Part shown: positions 27,727-37,805 of the stretch, in pieces
Layout of the letters: the number at the start of each line of letters is the position of its first letter
How positions within the stretch are numbered: the first letter of the stretch is position 1
Source: Gammaproteobacteria bacterium
GTDB lineage: Bacteria; Pseudomonadota; Gammaproteobacteria; Steroidobacterales; Foliamicaceae
NCBI GenBank assembly: GCA_965200225.1
Contig: CBDATM010000001.1
Location: forward strand, 1,551,878-1,615,877
DNA length: 64,000 nucleotides
Direction: 5' to 3'
The notes under the pieces: model-generated
Seen by the model: the letters and a program-made list of their open reading frames with translations, nothing else
What the model was told of the DNA's origin: nothing
The model's database searches: none
Made by a program: the position numbers and the translations under genes

Positions 27727-29133
27727 TCACGCGCTTAGCAGTTCGCGCGGGTCCGCTACCTCGCCGCGTATTGCCGAGGCCGCCGCGGTAAGGGGGCTGG
27801 CCAGAACCGTACGCGCTCCGGGACCCTGGCGGCCCTCGAAGTTCCGGTTGCTGGTGCTCACGCAGAGGCTGCCCGCCGAAACCAGGTCGCCGTTCATCCC
27901 CAGGCACATGGAGCAACCCGACTCGCGCCACTCCGCGCCGGCGGCCAGGAACACTTCGTGCAGGCCTTCAGCTTCGGCTTCGCGTTTGGTCTGCTGCGAG
28001 CCGGGCACGACCAGCATGCGGACGTTTTCGGCCACGCGCCGGCCGCGCATCATGTCGGCCGCCACGCGCAGGTCGCTGATGCGGGAATTGGTGCAGCTTC
28101 CCAGGAAAACAATGTCCACGCTGCGGCCCTCAAGCGGTTTGCCCGGTTCCACGCCCATGTAGGCAAGAGCCTTGTCCACTGCCGGATTGCCGCTGCCGGG
28201 CACCGGCTCGTCGATTTGCGCCGACATGCCGGGGTTGGTTCCATAGGTGACCATGGGACGCAGACCGCTGGCGTCGAGATCCACCTCAACGTCGAATTCC
28301 GCATCGCCGCGATCCTCCAGGTCCCTCCAGCCTTGCAGGGCCGAGTCCCAGTCGGCGCCCCGGGGCGCCATCGGACGCCCGTGCAGCCACTCGTAGGTGG
28401 TGTCATCCGGGGCGATCATGCCGGCCCGCGCGCCTGCTTCGATGCTCATGTTGCACACGGTCATGCGCTGCTCCATGGTGAGCCCGCGAATGGTTTCTCC
28501 GCGGTACTGGAGCACCCGGCCGGTGCCGCCGCCCACGCCGGCCTTGCGGATGATCGCCAGCACCAGGTCCTTGGCGGTGACGCCCGGTCCCAGCCGTCCA
28601 CTCACGTTGACCGCCATGGCGCCCGGGCGGCGCTGCAGCAGGCATTGCGTGGCCAGAACATGGCCCACTTCGGTGGTCCCTATGCCGAAGGCCAGCGCGC
28701 CAAAGGCGCCATGGGTGCTGGTGTGACTGTCGCCGCAGACCACGGTGTGGCCGGGCCAGGTGGCGCCCAGTTCAGGCCCCACTACATGCACGATGCCGCG
28801 TTCGGGGCTGCCCAAACCGCGCAACTCCACGTCGAATTCGCGGCAGTTTTCGATCATGGCGCGCACCTGGCCCGCCGCCGCCGGAAGCGCCACTTTCTCC
28901 AGTTGTTCCAGCGTGTCGGCCGGCTCGGTGGGCGTCGAGTGGTCCATCGTCGCCAGAGTGCGGTCCAGCCGCCGCACCGGCAAACCGCGCGCGCGCAGCA
29001 CGTCGAAGGCCTGCGGCGTGGTGACCTCGTGAATGAGGTGCAGGTCGATGTACAGGACCGCCGGGGTGTCCGGAGTTTCCGGCACCACCTCGTGGGCGTC
29101 CCAGACCTTGGCGAGTAGCGTTTGCTGCGGCAT
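27727..29133 (-). CDS. leuC: 3-isopropylmalate dehydratase large subunit
   Basis: [51 protein letters not shown]. Confidence 0.98.
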   Translation of the reverse strand: MPQQTLLAKVWDAHEVVPETPDTPAVLYIDLHLIHEVTTPQAFDVLRARGLPVRRLDRTLATMDHSTPTEPADTLEQLEKVALPAAAGQVRAMIENCREFDVELRGLGSPERGIVHVVGPELGATWPGHTVVCGDSHTSTHGAFGALAFGIGTTEVGHVLATQCLLQRRPGAMAVNVSGRLGPGVTAKDLVLAIIRKAGVGGGTGRVLQYRGETIRGLTMEQRMTVCNMSIEAGARAGMIAPDDTTYEWLHGRPMAPRGADWDSALQGWRDLEDRGDAEFDVEVDLDASGLRPMVTYGTNPGMSAQIDEPVPGSGNPAVDKALAYMGVEPGKPLEGRSVDIVFLGSCTNSRISDLRVAADMMRGRRVAENVRMLVVPGSQQTKREAEAEGLHEVFLAAGAEWRESGCSMCLGMNGDLVSAGSLCVSTSNRNFEGRQGPGARTVLASPLTAAASAIRGEVADPRELLSA

Positions 29134-29139
29134 GTGGAA

Positions 29140-30078
29140 TCAGCCCTCCTTTTCGAGGCCCCGGACCGGTTCCAGCCAGCCTCGGGTATCTTCCGTACGG
29201 CCCTCGAACAGCCCGAAGAAAGCGTCCTGCAGAGCCCGGGTCAATTCCCCCGGTTTGCCGTTGCCGATCGTCAGGCGGTCAAGGCTGCGAATCGGCGTAA
29301 TCTCTGCCGCCGTTCCCGCCAGGAACACTTCGTCGGCGATATACAGCACCTCCCTGGGCAGGGCTTCCTGTATCACGCTGACCCCCAGCCGTCCGGCCAG
29401 CTTGATCACGGTGTCGCGGGTTATGCCCGGCAGTATGGAGGCGGAATAGGGCGGCGTGTAGAGCTTTCCGGCCACCGCCACGAACAGGTTCTCGCCGGCG
29501 CCTTCACTGACCAGGCCGTCGTGGGTCATCGCCAATCCTTCCACGTAGCCGTTCTGCTGCGCCTCCAGCGTCACCAGCACGCTGGACAGGTAATTGCCGC
29601 CCGCCTTGGCCAGCGTGGGGATGGTGTTGGGCGCCACGCGTTGCCAGGACGTGCAGCACACATCCACGCCTTCGTCGGTCCCGCCCAGGTACGAGCCCCA
29701 TTGCCAAGCCGCCACGGCAACATGCACCGGCACATTCGCCGACGGCAGGATTCTCAGGTCGCCGAAGCCGCGAAAGGCGATCGGACGAATGTATGCGCCT
29801 TCGAACAGCCGGTTTTTCGCGATCACCTGGTGGCAGGCGTCGTTGACTTCATCCGGGGTGAACGGAATTTCAAGCCGGTAGATCTTCGCCGAGTTGTACA
29901 TGCGCCGGGTGTGTGCGCGCAGGCGAAAGATGGCAGGGCCCAGGTGGCTGGCGTAGCAGCGCACTCCCTCGAACACCGAGGTGCCGTAGTGCAGGGCGTG
30001 GCTCATGACGTGCGTCTGGGCTTGCAGGTACGGCTTCAATTCGCCGTCATGCCAGATCCATTCGGGGTGTTCGCTCAT
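29140..30078 (-). CDS. ilvE: Branched-chain amino acid aminotransferase
   Basis: HALHYGTSVFEGVR, AKAGGNY, EGAGEN, ILPGITR, EVFLAGTAAEITP. Confidence 0.97.
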   Translation of the reverse strand: MSEHPEWIWHDGELKPYLQAQTHVMSHALHYGTSVFEGVRCYASHLGPAIFRLRAHTRRMYNSAKIYRLEIPFTPDEVNDACHQVIAKNRLFEGAYIRPIAFRGFGDLRILPSANVPVHVAVAAWQWGSYLGGTDEGVDVCCTSWQRVAPNTIPTLAKAGGNYLSSVLVTLEAQQNGYVEGLAMTHDGLVSEGAGENLFVAVAGKLYTPPYSASILPGITRDTVIKLAGRLGVSVIQEALPREVLYIADEVFLAGTAAEITPIRSLDRLTIGNGKPGELTRALQDAFFGLFEGRTEDTRGWLEPVRGLEKEG

Positions 30079-30135
30079 GGCGTGGGGTCTCGTGTGCGGG
30101 AAGGCATAGCCGTTGGGGCAGCAAGAGTAAGGATT

Positions 30136-31719
30136 TTACGGCCCAAGCCGCCTGCGCGCACCCGCTGCGGCTGCTTCGCCCGATTCGACGCGTTCCTGCG
30201 CCCGCAAGGCGCGGTTGAGCACTTCCAGCAGAGCTTGCGCGCCAGCTTCCACGATGTCGGTGCTCACGGCGCGCCCGCGGTAGGAGAATTCTCCCCAGCG
30301 GGCGGTTACGGTGGCCTCGCCCTGGGCGTCCTCGCCGGTAGTCACGCTGCGCACCTCGAAATACGTCAGGTCGACGCTCATTTCGGTGGCACGCTCCAGC
30401 GCCTTGAAGGTGGCGTCTATGGGTCCGTCGCCCACCGCCGCTTCGTCGCGCTGCTCCCCGCTTTGGTGTTCGAGGCGCACGGCGGCCACCGCCAGCGTGC
30501 TGCCGCCGGTGTTGATGCGCAGTTCGCGCAGCCGCCACGGTCCTTCCGTGGCGCCCTCCTTGTGCACGATCAGGGCCTCGATGTCGGCATCGAACAGTTC
30601 CTTCTTGCGGTCGGCCAGCTTCTTGAACGCGATAAACGCCCGGTTCAACTGGTCCTCGCTGAGCTCGAAGCCCAACTGGCGGGTCCGGTCGCGGAAAGCA
30701 TGGCGCCCCGAGTGCTTGCCCAAAACCAGGTTGCTGCGGTGCATGCCCACCGCTTCGGGGCGCATGATCTCGTAAGTCTCGGCGTGCTTGAGCATGCCGT
30801 GCTGATGAATGCCGGCCTCGTGCGCGAAGGCGTTCTTGCCCACGATGGCCTTATTGCGCGGCATGTGCATGCCGGTTACGCTGGAAACCATCCGGCTGGC
30901 GGGATACAAGCCCGTGGTTTCGATGCCGGTATCCACTCCGAAATGATCGGCGCGCACCTTCAGCGCCATCACCACCTCTTCCAGAGAGCAGTTCCCGGCG
31001 CGTTCGCCGATGCCGTTGATGGTGCACTCGATCTGCCGCGCGCCTCCGGCCACGGCGGCCAGGCTGTTGGCTACCGACAGGCCCAGGTCATCGTGGCAAT
31101 GCGCGCTCAAGACCACATCCTCGATGCCGGGCACGGTGGCGCGCAGATGTTCGAAAAGGGCCTGGAACTGCGTCGGCATCGCGTAGCCCACGGTGTCCGG
31201 GATGTTCACCGTGGTAGCTCCGGCCTCGACCACCGCGGTCACGATTTCGGAGAGAAACTCCGGCTCGGTGCGCGAGGCGTCCTCGGGCGAAAACTCCACG
31301 TCGTCGCAGGCTTCCCTGGCCATGCGCACCGCGTCCACCGCCCGCCGCACGATTTCGTCGCGCGCCATTTCCAGCTTGAACTTGCGGTGGATCTCGCTGG
31401 TCGCCACGAACACATGGATGCGCTTGCGCGCTGCCGGCTCCAGGGCTCTGGCTGACTTCTCGATGTCGCCCTCGTGGCAGCGGGCCAGCGAGCAGATGGT
31501 GGCGCCGCGGATGGCGCGGGCGATTTCGCGCACGGATTCGAAATCGCCTGGCGAGGCCGCAGCGAAGCCGGCCTCGATGATGTCCACGCGCATATCCCGG
31601 AGCGCTCGCGCAACCTTGAGCTTCTCGCGCAGCGTCATGCTGCAGCCTGGCGCTTGTTCGCCGTCGCGCAAGGTGGTGTCGAATATGCGTACGCGATCCT
31701 GGGTGGCTTGCTGCTTCAT
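30136..31719 (-). CDS. leuA: 2-isopropylmalate synthase
   Basis: FDTTLRDGEQ, PDTVG, HCHDDLG, GERAGN, AHEAGIHQHG, LGKHSG, GDGPIDA. Confidence 0.98.
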   Translation of the reverse strand: MKQQATQDRVRIFDTTLRDGEQAPGCSMTLREKLKVARALRDMRVDIIEAGFAAASPGDFESVREIARAIRGATICSLARCHEGDIEKSARALEPAARKRIHVFVATSEIHRKFKLEMARDEIVRRAVDAVRMAREACDDVEFSPEDASRTEPEFLSEIVTAVVEAGATTVNIPDTVGYAMPTQFQALFEHLRATVPGIEDVVLSAHCHDDLGLSVANSLAAVAGGARQIECTINGIGERAGNCSLEEVVMALKVRADHFGVDTGIETTGLYPASRMVSSVTGMHMPRNKAIVGKNAFAHEAGIHQHGMLKHAETYEIMRPEAVGMHRSNLVLGKHSGRHAFRDRTRQLGFELSEDQLNRAFIAFKKLADRKKELFDADIEALIVHKEGATEGPWRLRELRINTGGSTLAVAAVRLEHQSGEQRDEAAVGDGPIDATFKALERATEMSVDLTYFEVRSVTTGEDAQGEATVTARWGEFSYRGRAVSTDIVEAGAQALLEVLNRALRAQERVESGEAAAAGARRRLGP

Positions 31720-31750
31720 TTTTCGGTTCTCATAAGGTGGTCATCCGCCC

Positions 31751-31792
31751 AAAATGAAAAACCCCGCGTCCGATGGCCGGTAAGCGGGGTTT
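31751..31792 (-). terminator. Rho-independent attenuator terminator upstream of leuA
   Basis: Minus strand AAACCCCGC-16 nt-GCGGGGTTT followed by TTCATTTT. Confidence 0.85.
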
Positions 31793-31820
31793 CAGATGAG
31801 GCTTTTTTTGTTGCTCAGGC

Positions 31821-31925
31821 CTATTCCTTACCCCGCGTTCGGTGCTCCGCAAGCAGCGCGAGCGCAGCCACGCGCAGCCCGCCGCCGACGGTGATAAGGC
31901 TCAGGATTGACCGGCCTGTGTCCAT
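31821..31925 (-). CDS. Ile/Leu/Val-rich leader peptide (34 aa) of the leu-ilvE operon
   Basis: MDTGRSILSLITVGGGLRVAALALLAEHRTRGKE; its 3' end (GCGGGGT, GGTAAG) can pair with the terminator 5' arm (ACCCCGC, CTTACC). Confidence 0.75.
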   Translation of the reverse strand: MDTGRSILSLITVGGGLRVAALALLAEHRTRGKE

Positions 31926-31933
31926 GCCGCGCG

Positions 31934-31961
31934 ATTATCCGCCTTGCCCGCGCAATGTCAA
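31934..31961 (-). promoter_or_regulatory. Sigma70 promoter of the leader-leu operon
   Basis: TTGACA (31961-31956), 16-bp spacer, GATAAT (31939-31934). Confidence 0.65.
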
Positions 31962-32183
31962 GAGTGTGACCGCAACTGTGACCGCAGCAGAGAGTGGCCA
32001 GAACCGCCCATCGGGCCGCAAGTCCTCCGACCTTGTCTCCGGTGTTTCGGTCTGCATATTGTCCTGCGGCCGGAATCCGGCTCTGCTCCAAGCTGTGCTA
32101 ATATCCACGTCCTCACATCAGCCGATCTGTTGAATCCGCTCGGTGATCGTATTCCTGACTTCTGGTACAAGGGGAGCATTTGC

Positions 32184-32948
32184 ATGAAGCCAATTTTTAG
32201 GGGGTTGTTTTGTGCCGGCGGCTTGCTTGCCGCAGCCGCTTTGGCGAGCGCAACCACACTGGAGGAGATTGAAGCCATTCAGGCGGAGCGCGAGGAAGCC
32301 GGCCGCCAGTCACAGAGCCGGATCGACGATATCGTAAAGGAGTCGGACTCGCTGGAATACGAATACAAGCGTGTGCTCAAGGAGCTGGAGGGTCTGAAGG
32401 TATTCAACACCCTGATGGAAAGGCAGATCGACCGTCAGGAAGCGGACATCGGCCTGCTCAATCAGGCGATTGATGAAGTAGAGGCTTCCCGCCGCCAGAT
32501 GATGCCGCTGATGGTGCGCATGATCGAAGCGCTGGACCTGTTCGTGGAGGCGGATGCTCCCTTCCTGCTCGACGAGCGGCGCGCCAGAGTGGGTGGGCTC
32601 TATGAGTTGATGGAGCGCGAGGATGTCAGCGTGGCCGAGAAGTTCCGCAAGGTGCTTGAGGCCTACCAGATCGAGAACGACTACGGCCGCACCATTGAGG
32701 CCTACAAGGACTCCGTGGACCATGAAGGCGGGACGCTGGAAGTGGACGTGCTGCGCATCGGCCGGGTAGCGCTGGTGTACCAGACCGCCGACCTCAGCGC
32801 CACGCGCAGATGGGACCGCGAGGCCGGGATGTGGGTCGACCTGGAAGGCAGTTACCGCAACCAGGTGCGCATGGGGTTGCGTGTAGCCAGGAAGCAGGTC
32901 GCTCCGGACCTGCTACTGCTTCCCGTTTCTGCGCCGGAGGCTGGATAG
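32184..32948 (+). CDS. DUF3450 family protein (TtpB-like, TonB2/3 system)
   Basis: Signal peptide; coiled coil; PFLLDERRARV, EKFRKVLEAYQIENDYG, LRIGRVAL; first gene of TonB cluster. Confidence 0.85.
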   Translation: MKPIFRGLFCAGGLLAAAALASATTLEEIEAIQAEREEAGRQSQSRIDDIVKESDSLEYEYKRVLKELEGLKVFNTLMERQIDRQEADIGLLNQAIDEVEASRRQMMPLMVRMIEALDLFVEADAPFLLDERRARVGGLYELMEREDVSVAEKFRKVLEAYQIENDYGRTIEAYKDSVDHEGGTLEVDVLRIGRVALVYQTADLSATRRWDREAGMWVDLEGSYRNQVRMGLRVARKQVAPDLLLLPVSAPEAG

Positions 32949-34328
32949 ATGAACGTAAGCAGAACCATTGCCGGAGCCGTGATCGGCCTGGCCCTTGCCA
33001 TTTCCGCGCAGGCCCAGGAGGATGCCTTGTCGCTGGATGAATTGCTGGATTTGGTCCGGCAGGGCGCCGTGCGCGACAATGAGGAAATGCGCACCCGCGA
33101 GGCAGCGTTTCGCGAGGCCCGCGGACAGCAGCAGCGGCTGCTGGATCAGGCGAATGCAGAGAAGGCGTCCGAAGAGCGGCGCAGCCAGAGCCTTGAGAAT
33201 TCCTACGGTGAGAACGAGCGGCGCATTGCGGCGCTCAAGCAGACCCGGGACGAACGCCTTGGTGTGCTGAAGGAACTTTTCGGCGTGACCCAGCAGGTGG
33301 CGGGTGATGCTCGCTCCAAGTTCGAGTCCTCGGTTACCAACGTGCAATATCCGGACCGTTCGCAGTTTCTCACCGAACTGGTCGAGAAACTCGGCTCTGG
33401 TATCGAACTTCCCTCCATCGACGAAATGGAGCGCCTGTGGTGGGAGCTTCAGCGGGAGATGACCGAGTCGGCGAAAGTGGTCAAGTTCAACACCGATGTC
33501 ATTTCCCTGGGCGGCGAGCGCGAACCGACCGAAGTCGTGAGGGTGGGGCTGTTCAATATTGTTTCCGACGGCAAGTATCTGACCTATCGTCAGGAGACTG
33601 GCAATGTCACCGAACTGGGCCGTCAGCCTGAGCAGGGCCGCTTCACCAGCAGCGCCGCAGACATTGTGGGCGCCGCGCCAGGCGACGTTGTGCGCTTTGG
33701 TCTGGACCCCACGCTGGGTGGCGTGCTGAACTCGCTGGTAGGACGTCCCAACCTTGTGGAACGTATTCAGCAGGGCGCCCTGGTGGGCTACCTCATCATC
33801 GCGCTGGGCATCATCGGGTTGCTGATCTCGCTGGAGCGCCTGGTAACGCTGACACTCGCCAGCCGCAAGGTAACGGCGCAACTGAAAAGCGATACGCCCT
33901 CGGACGACAATGCCCTGGGGCGGGTCCTGCGGGTCTATCACGAGAACAGAACCCTGGATACCGAGACGCTGGAACTCAAACTCGGCGAGGCGATTTTCAA
34001 GGAAACGCCGAAGCTGAATCGGGCCCTGCTTTTTATCCAGATCATCTCCGTGGTGGCGCCGCTTATGGGACTGTTGGGCACCGTTACCGGCATGATCAAG
34101 ACCTTTCAGGCGATCACGCTTTATGGCACCGGTGACCCCAAGCTGATGGCTGGCGGTATTTCGCAGGCGCTGGTGACGACGGTTCTCGGCCTGAGCGTGG
34201 CCATTCCCATGGTGCTGCTGCATACGGTGGTGAGCGGCCGCAGCCGCAGGATCGTGCAGATTCTGCAGGAGCAAAGTACCGGGATCGTGGCGGAGCACGC
34301 CGAGACGCAGCAAAAGGCCGCTGCCTGA
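32949..34328 (+). CDS. Large MotA/TolQ/ExbB family protein (TtpC-like)
   Basis: Long periplasmic N-terminus followed by APLMGLLGTVTGMI, MAGGISQALVTT. Confidence 0.9.
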   Translation: MNVSRTIAGAVIGLALAISAQAQEDALSLDELLDLVRQGAVRDNEEMRTREAAFREARGQQQRLLDQANAEKASEERRSQSLENSYGENERRIAALKQTRDERLGVLKELFGVTQQVAGDARSKFESSVTNVQYPDRSQFLTELVEKLGSGIELPSIDEMERLWWELQREMTESAKVVKFNTDVISLGGEREPTEVVRVGLFNIVSDGKYLTYRQETGNVTELGRQPEQGRFTSSAADIVGAAPGDVVRFGLDPTLGGVLNSLVGRPNLVERIQQGALVGYLIIALGIIGLLISLERLVTLTLASRKVTAQLKSDTPSDDNALGRVLRVYHENRTLDTETLELKLGEAIFKETPKLNRALLFIQIISVVAPLMGLLGTVTGMIKTFQAITLYGTGDPKLMAGGISQALVTTVLGLSVAIPMVLLHTVVSGRSRRIVQILQEQSTGIVAEHAETQQKAAA

Positions 34329-34374
34329 CCTTTGCGGAGCGCTGGAGGAATTGCCTCAAGACCTGCGTTGACCC

Positions 34375-34905
34375 ATGTTTACCTGGTTCTACGATGCCTT
34401 CGAGGCCATCCGCGATTTCGTGGAGTTGGGCGGGGATGTGCTGTTCCTGATCGCCTTGACCATCTTCCTGATGTGGATGCTGGTATTTGAACGCCTGGCT
34501 TTTTTCCGCATCGAACTCGGCAAGCGCCGAACGGCGATTCAGGATGCCTGGGACGAGCGGCCGGAGCGGCAGTCCTGGGAAGCGCACCAGATTCGCGAGC
34601 GGATGATCTCCGATTACGACATGGCCGTGCGGCGCTCGCTGCCGTTGGTGCAGACCCTTGTGGCGCTTTGCCCGCTGCTGGGCCTGCTGGGCACCGTGAC
34701 CGGGATGATCGAGGTGTTCGACGTGATGGCGGTCGAAGGCAGTGGAAACCCGCGCTCCATGGCTTCCGGCGTGTCCAAGGCCACCATTCCCACGATGGCG
34801 GGGATGGTGGGCGCGCTTTCGGGAGTGTTCTGGACCACCTACCTCAACCGCCGTGCGGCGCGCGAGGTTGAGGGCCTGGAAGAACACTTGACCATGGACC
34901 ACTGA
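34375..34905 (+). CDS. exbB: MotA/TolQ/ExbB proton channel protein
   Basis: CPLLGLLGTVTGMIEVF, MASGVSKATIPT. Confidence 0.9.
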   Translation: MFTWFYDAFEAIRDFVELGGDVLFLIALTIFLMWMLVFERLAFFRIELGKRRTAIQDAWDERPERQSWEAHQIRERMISDYDMAVRRSLPLVQTLVALCPLLGLLGTVTGMIEVFDVMAVEGSGNPRSMASGVSKATIPTMAGMVGALSGVFWTTYLNRRAAREVEGLEEHLTMDH

Positions 34906-34946
34906 CAGGGCGCCCGGACGCAATCGATTACTCGGAGACAGTATTT

Positions 34947-35357
34947 ATGCGCAAGTCCATTATTCAAGCCGCAGGCGAAGAAGACAAAAGCGAGATCAAC
35001 CTTACGCCCATGCTGGATGTGGTGTTCATCATGCTGATCTTCTTTATCGTGACTGCGTCCTTCGTGAAGGAAGCCGGTATCGACGTGAACCGGCCGGATG
35101 CCCCAACTGCAGTGCGTCAGGAGAAGGCGAACATCCTCGTGGCCATCAGCGCCGCCAATGAGATCTGGATCGACCGGCGCCGGGTGGACCCAAGGGCCGT
35201 TCGGGCCAACATCGAGCGTCTGCACGCGGAGAACCCGGAAGGCTCGGTTATTATTCAGGCGGACAAGCGTGCCTTCACGGAAACGCTTGTGGGCGTTATG
35301 GACTCGGCCCGTCAGGCTGGCGTCTTCAACGTGTCGATCGCGGCGAGTGAAGACTGA
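34947..35357 (+). CDS. exbD: Biopolymer transporter ExbD
   Basis: EINLTPMLDVVFIMLIFFIVT, IIQAD. Confidence 0.95.
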   Translation: MRKSIIQAAGEEDKSEINLTPMLDVVFIMLIFFIVTASFVKEAGIDVNRPDAPTAVRQEKANILVAISAANEIWIDRRRVDPRAVRANIERLHAENPEGSVIIQADKRAFTETLVGVMDSARQAGVFNVSIAASED

Positions 35358-35452
35358 CCGGCAAGTGAAGGCGGCGGCCGCCCGGGTAAAGGGTTCGGAC
35401 TGTGCGGGCGGATGGGCCGCCGCTTGGCAAACTAGGCGTGGAGAACGATGAA

Positions 35453-36085
35453 ATGGCAGACCAGAAGACAGTTAAACGGCGCGTAGGGCGCTATTTCCTG
35501 GCGCTGGCCGTCGGCAGTTTCGCGGCCTTGTCTCTTCTCTGGGTAATGCAGTTTCTGATCGCGACCGGTAAGGCGGCGATTACAGAGGCTGTGGATGCCC
35601 GGTTCGTGGACTTTGTGCGGGTCAAGCGCGAGGAAACGCTGGAGCGCAAGGAGGAGAAGCCGGAAAGACCGCCGGAGCCGGATGAGGCGCCGCCGGACAT
35701 TCCGCAGCAGGACATGGATTCTTCGGACTACGATTCGGTGACGGCCGTAGCGCCGGTGGGCCCCGGGGCCGATGTGAACCTGGACAGTGAGTTGGGTGAT
35801 TTCAGCCTGGCCGAAGGTGACTACCTGCCGATCGTGAAGGTGGCGCCCATGTATCCGCGGCGAGCGCAGTCGCGGGGCCTTGAGGGCTATTGTGACCTTG
35901 AATTTACCGTCACGCCACTGGGCACGACCAGCAACGTAAGCGTGATCTTCTGCAGCAGTTCACTATTCGAGCGGGCCTCGGTGCAGGCCTTGCTCAAATT
36001 CAAGTACAAACCCCGAGTGGTGAACGGGACTGCTATCGCGGTGCCCGGACTGCGTCACAGGATTACTTTCCAGATTGAAGACTAA
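35453..36085 (+). CDS. tonB: Energy transducer TonB
   Basis: N-terminal TM, Pro-rich linker, PMYPRRAQSRGLEG, KFKYKP. Confidence 0.9.
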   Translation: MADQKTVKRRVGRYFLALAVGSFAALSLLWVMQFLIATGKAAITEAVDARFVDFVRVKREETLERKEEKPERPPEPDEAPPDIPQQDMDSSDYDSVTAVAPVGPGADVNLDSELGDFSLAEGDYLPIVKVAPMYPRRAQSRGLEGYCDLEFTVTPLGTTSNVSVIFCSSSLFERASVQALLKFKYKPRVVNGTAIAVPGLRHRITFQIED

Positions 36086-37418
36086 AGTTGTGAATGCCAG
36101 GTTCGGCCTTGTTGTTGTCCCCGTTGTTGCGGCACTTTTCTGTCTGATTCTCGTTGCGCCGACGCAATCCGGCTGGGCGCAGGAGGAGGGACAGGAGGAG
36201 CAGAAGACGCGTCGCACGGAGGCATTGAGCGAGAGGGTCCACCGGAGGCTTTCAGAGGCGCAGGAAGCGTTGGAGGCCGATGATCATGCAAGAGCGGAGA
36301 CCTTGTTGCGCGAGATTACGGAACTGCGCAATCTCACGCCTTACGAGCAGGCCCAGACCAACAACTTCTATGGCTTCGTTTACATCGACAAGGAAGACTA
36401 TCCGGGAGCAATCGAGGCTTTCAAGCAGGTAATTCAGATCGGGGGGCCGGACGTGATAGGCCCCGGTTTGTACCACCAGACCATTCGTACGCTCGCACAG
36501 TTGTATATGCAGGTGGAGAATTTCAGTGAGGCTATCGTATATGCCCGTCAGTGGCTCGATTCCCAGGAAAATCCGCCGCCCCGCGACTATGTGCTTGTGG
36601 CCATGGCTCATTTTCAGTTGGAGCAATGGCGTGAAGCGCTGGAGTACGTGTCCCTGGCGATTGAAAAAGCCCAGGCCACCGGTGTGGAAGTCGACGAAAA
36701 CTGGTGGCGCTACATGGTCGCAGCACACTGGGAACTGGAAGAGTTTCCCGAGGCCCTGGATATCACCCGGATTCTGTTGACCCAATGGCCCAAGAAACAG
36801 TACTGGATGCAGCTTCAGGGGCTCTACTCCATACTCGAAGACGAGGGCAAACAGTTGGCGGCGTACTGGTGCCTGCACGATCAGAACCTTCTGAGCAGGA
36901 GTTCCGAATTGGTAGGCATGGCCCAGTTGTTTATGCTGGCGGAGGTTCCCTACAAGGCCGCAGTAGTTCTTCAGGAGGGGATCGACAACGGTTCGATTGA
37001 GGAGACCCCCCAGAATTACCGCCTGTTGGCGCAGGCGTGGCAGTTGGCCCAGGAGGACAGGAAGGCCGTGGGGCCGCTGCGAAAGGCCGCAGAGAGTGAA
37101 GAAAGCGATGAGGACAGGAGCCAGCTTTACGTGCGCCTGGCCGAAAGCTACAACGCCCTGAGCGAATACGGAGAGTGTGCTTCGGCAGCCCGCCAGGCCC
37201 TTCGCGAGGGTGAGCCGAAAAGCGAGGGAAGAACCTACATGCTGCTGGGTCAATGCCTTTTCGAGCAGGAAAAGTACGACGAGGCGGGCGATGCCTTTGC
37301 CCGCGCGGCTCGCGACAGCGACACGCGCAGAGCCGCTACCCGCTGGCAGAATTACATTGAAAGGGAAGTAGCGCGACTTCGGGACCTGGATGCGCGCTTG
37401 GCGCGCTACGGGAGCTAG
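36075..37418 (+). CDS. Tetratricopeptide repeat protein (TtpD-like)
   Basis: Signal peptide, repeated helical TPR-like units, last gene of TonB cluster. Confidence 0.8.
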   Translation: MKTKVVNARFGLVVVPVVAALFCLILVAPTQSGWAQEEGQEEQKTRRTEALSERVHRRLSEAQEALEADDHARAETLLREITELRNLTPYEQAQTNNFYGFVYIDKEDYPGAIEAFKQVIQIGGPDVIGPGLYHQTIRTLAQLYMQVENFSEAIVYARQWLDSQENPPPRDYVLVAMAHFQLEQWREALEYVSLAIEKAQATGVEVDENWWRYMVAAHWELEEFPEALDITRILLTQWPKKQYWMQLQGLYSILEDEGKQLAAYWCLHDQNLLSRSSELVGMAQLFMLAEVPYKAAVVLQEGIDNGSIEETPQNYRLLAQAWQLAQEDRKAVGPLRKAAESEESDEDRSQLYVRLAESYNALSEYGECASAARQALREGEPKSEGRTYMLLGQCLFEQEKYDEAGDAFARAARDSDTRRAATRWQNYIEREVARLRDLDARLARYGS

Positions 37419-37452
37419 CCGTTCCCGCCTCATACGAACAGGTTAGCTTCGC

Positions 37453-37773
37453 GTGCCAACGGTTCATTTCATGGATTGCCACGGGAATCCTCGTGACCTT
37501 GAGGTTCCCGTCGGCTGCACGCTCATGGAGGTAGCGCTGGAGAACGATGTAGAGGGGATTGTGGCCGAATGCGGCGGATGCTGCGCCTGCGCCACCTGCC
37601 ACAGCTATATCGACCCGGAATGGGTGGATCGCCTGCCGCCCATCAACGACATGGAAGACGCCATGCTGGATTGTGCCCTGGACCGCAAGCCAAACAGCCG
37701 CCTGAGTTGTCAGATCCAGATGACGGCCGAGCTGGCTGGCCTCAAGCTGCAAGCTGCCGACAACGAGGCCTGA
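37453..37773 (+). CDS. 2Fe-2S ferredoxin (putidaredoxin/adrenodoxin type)
   Basis: AECGGCCACATCH, SRLSCQI. Confidence 0.93.
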   Translation: MPTVHFMDCHGNPRDLEVPVGCTLMEVALENDVEGIVAECGGCCACATCHSYIDPEWVDRLPPINDMEDAMLDCALDRKPNSRLSCQIQMTAELAGLKLQAADNEA

Positions 37774-37805
37774 GCAGCACTATTTCCTGGCCCCTCTTTT
37801 CGGGG

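Noticed and set aside
29122-31455. 777-aa plus-strand ORF
   Set aside because: Antisense shadow of ilvE and leuA
31962-31990. Peptide SVTATVTA appears in ORFs at 31474-32133 and 47369-47794
   Set aside because: The underlying DNA differs at most third positions and both ORFs are non-coding shadows; coincidence
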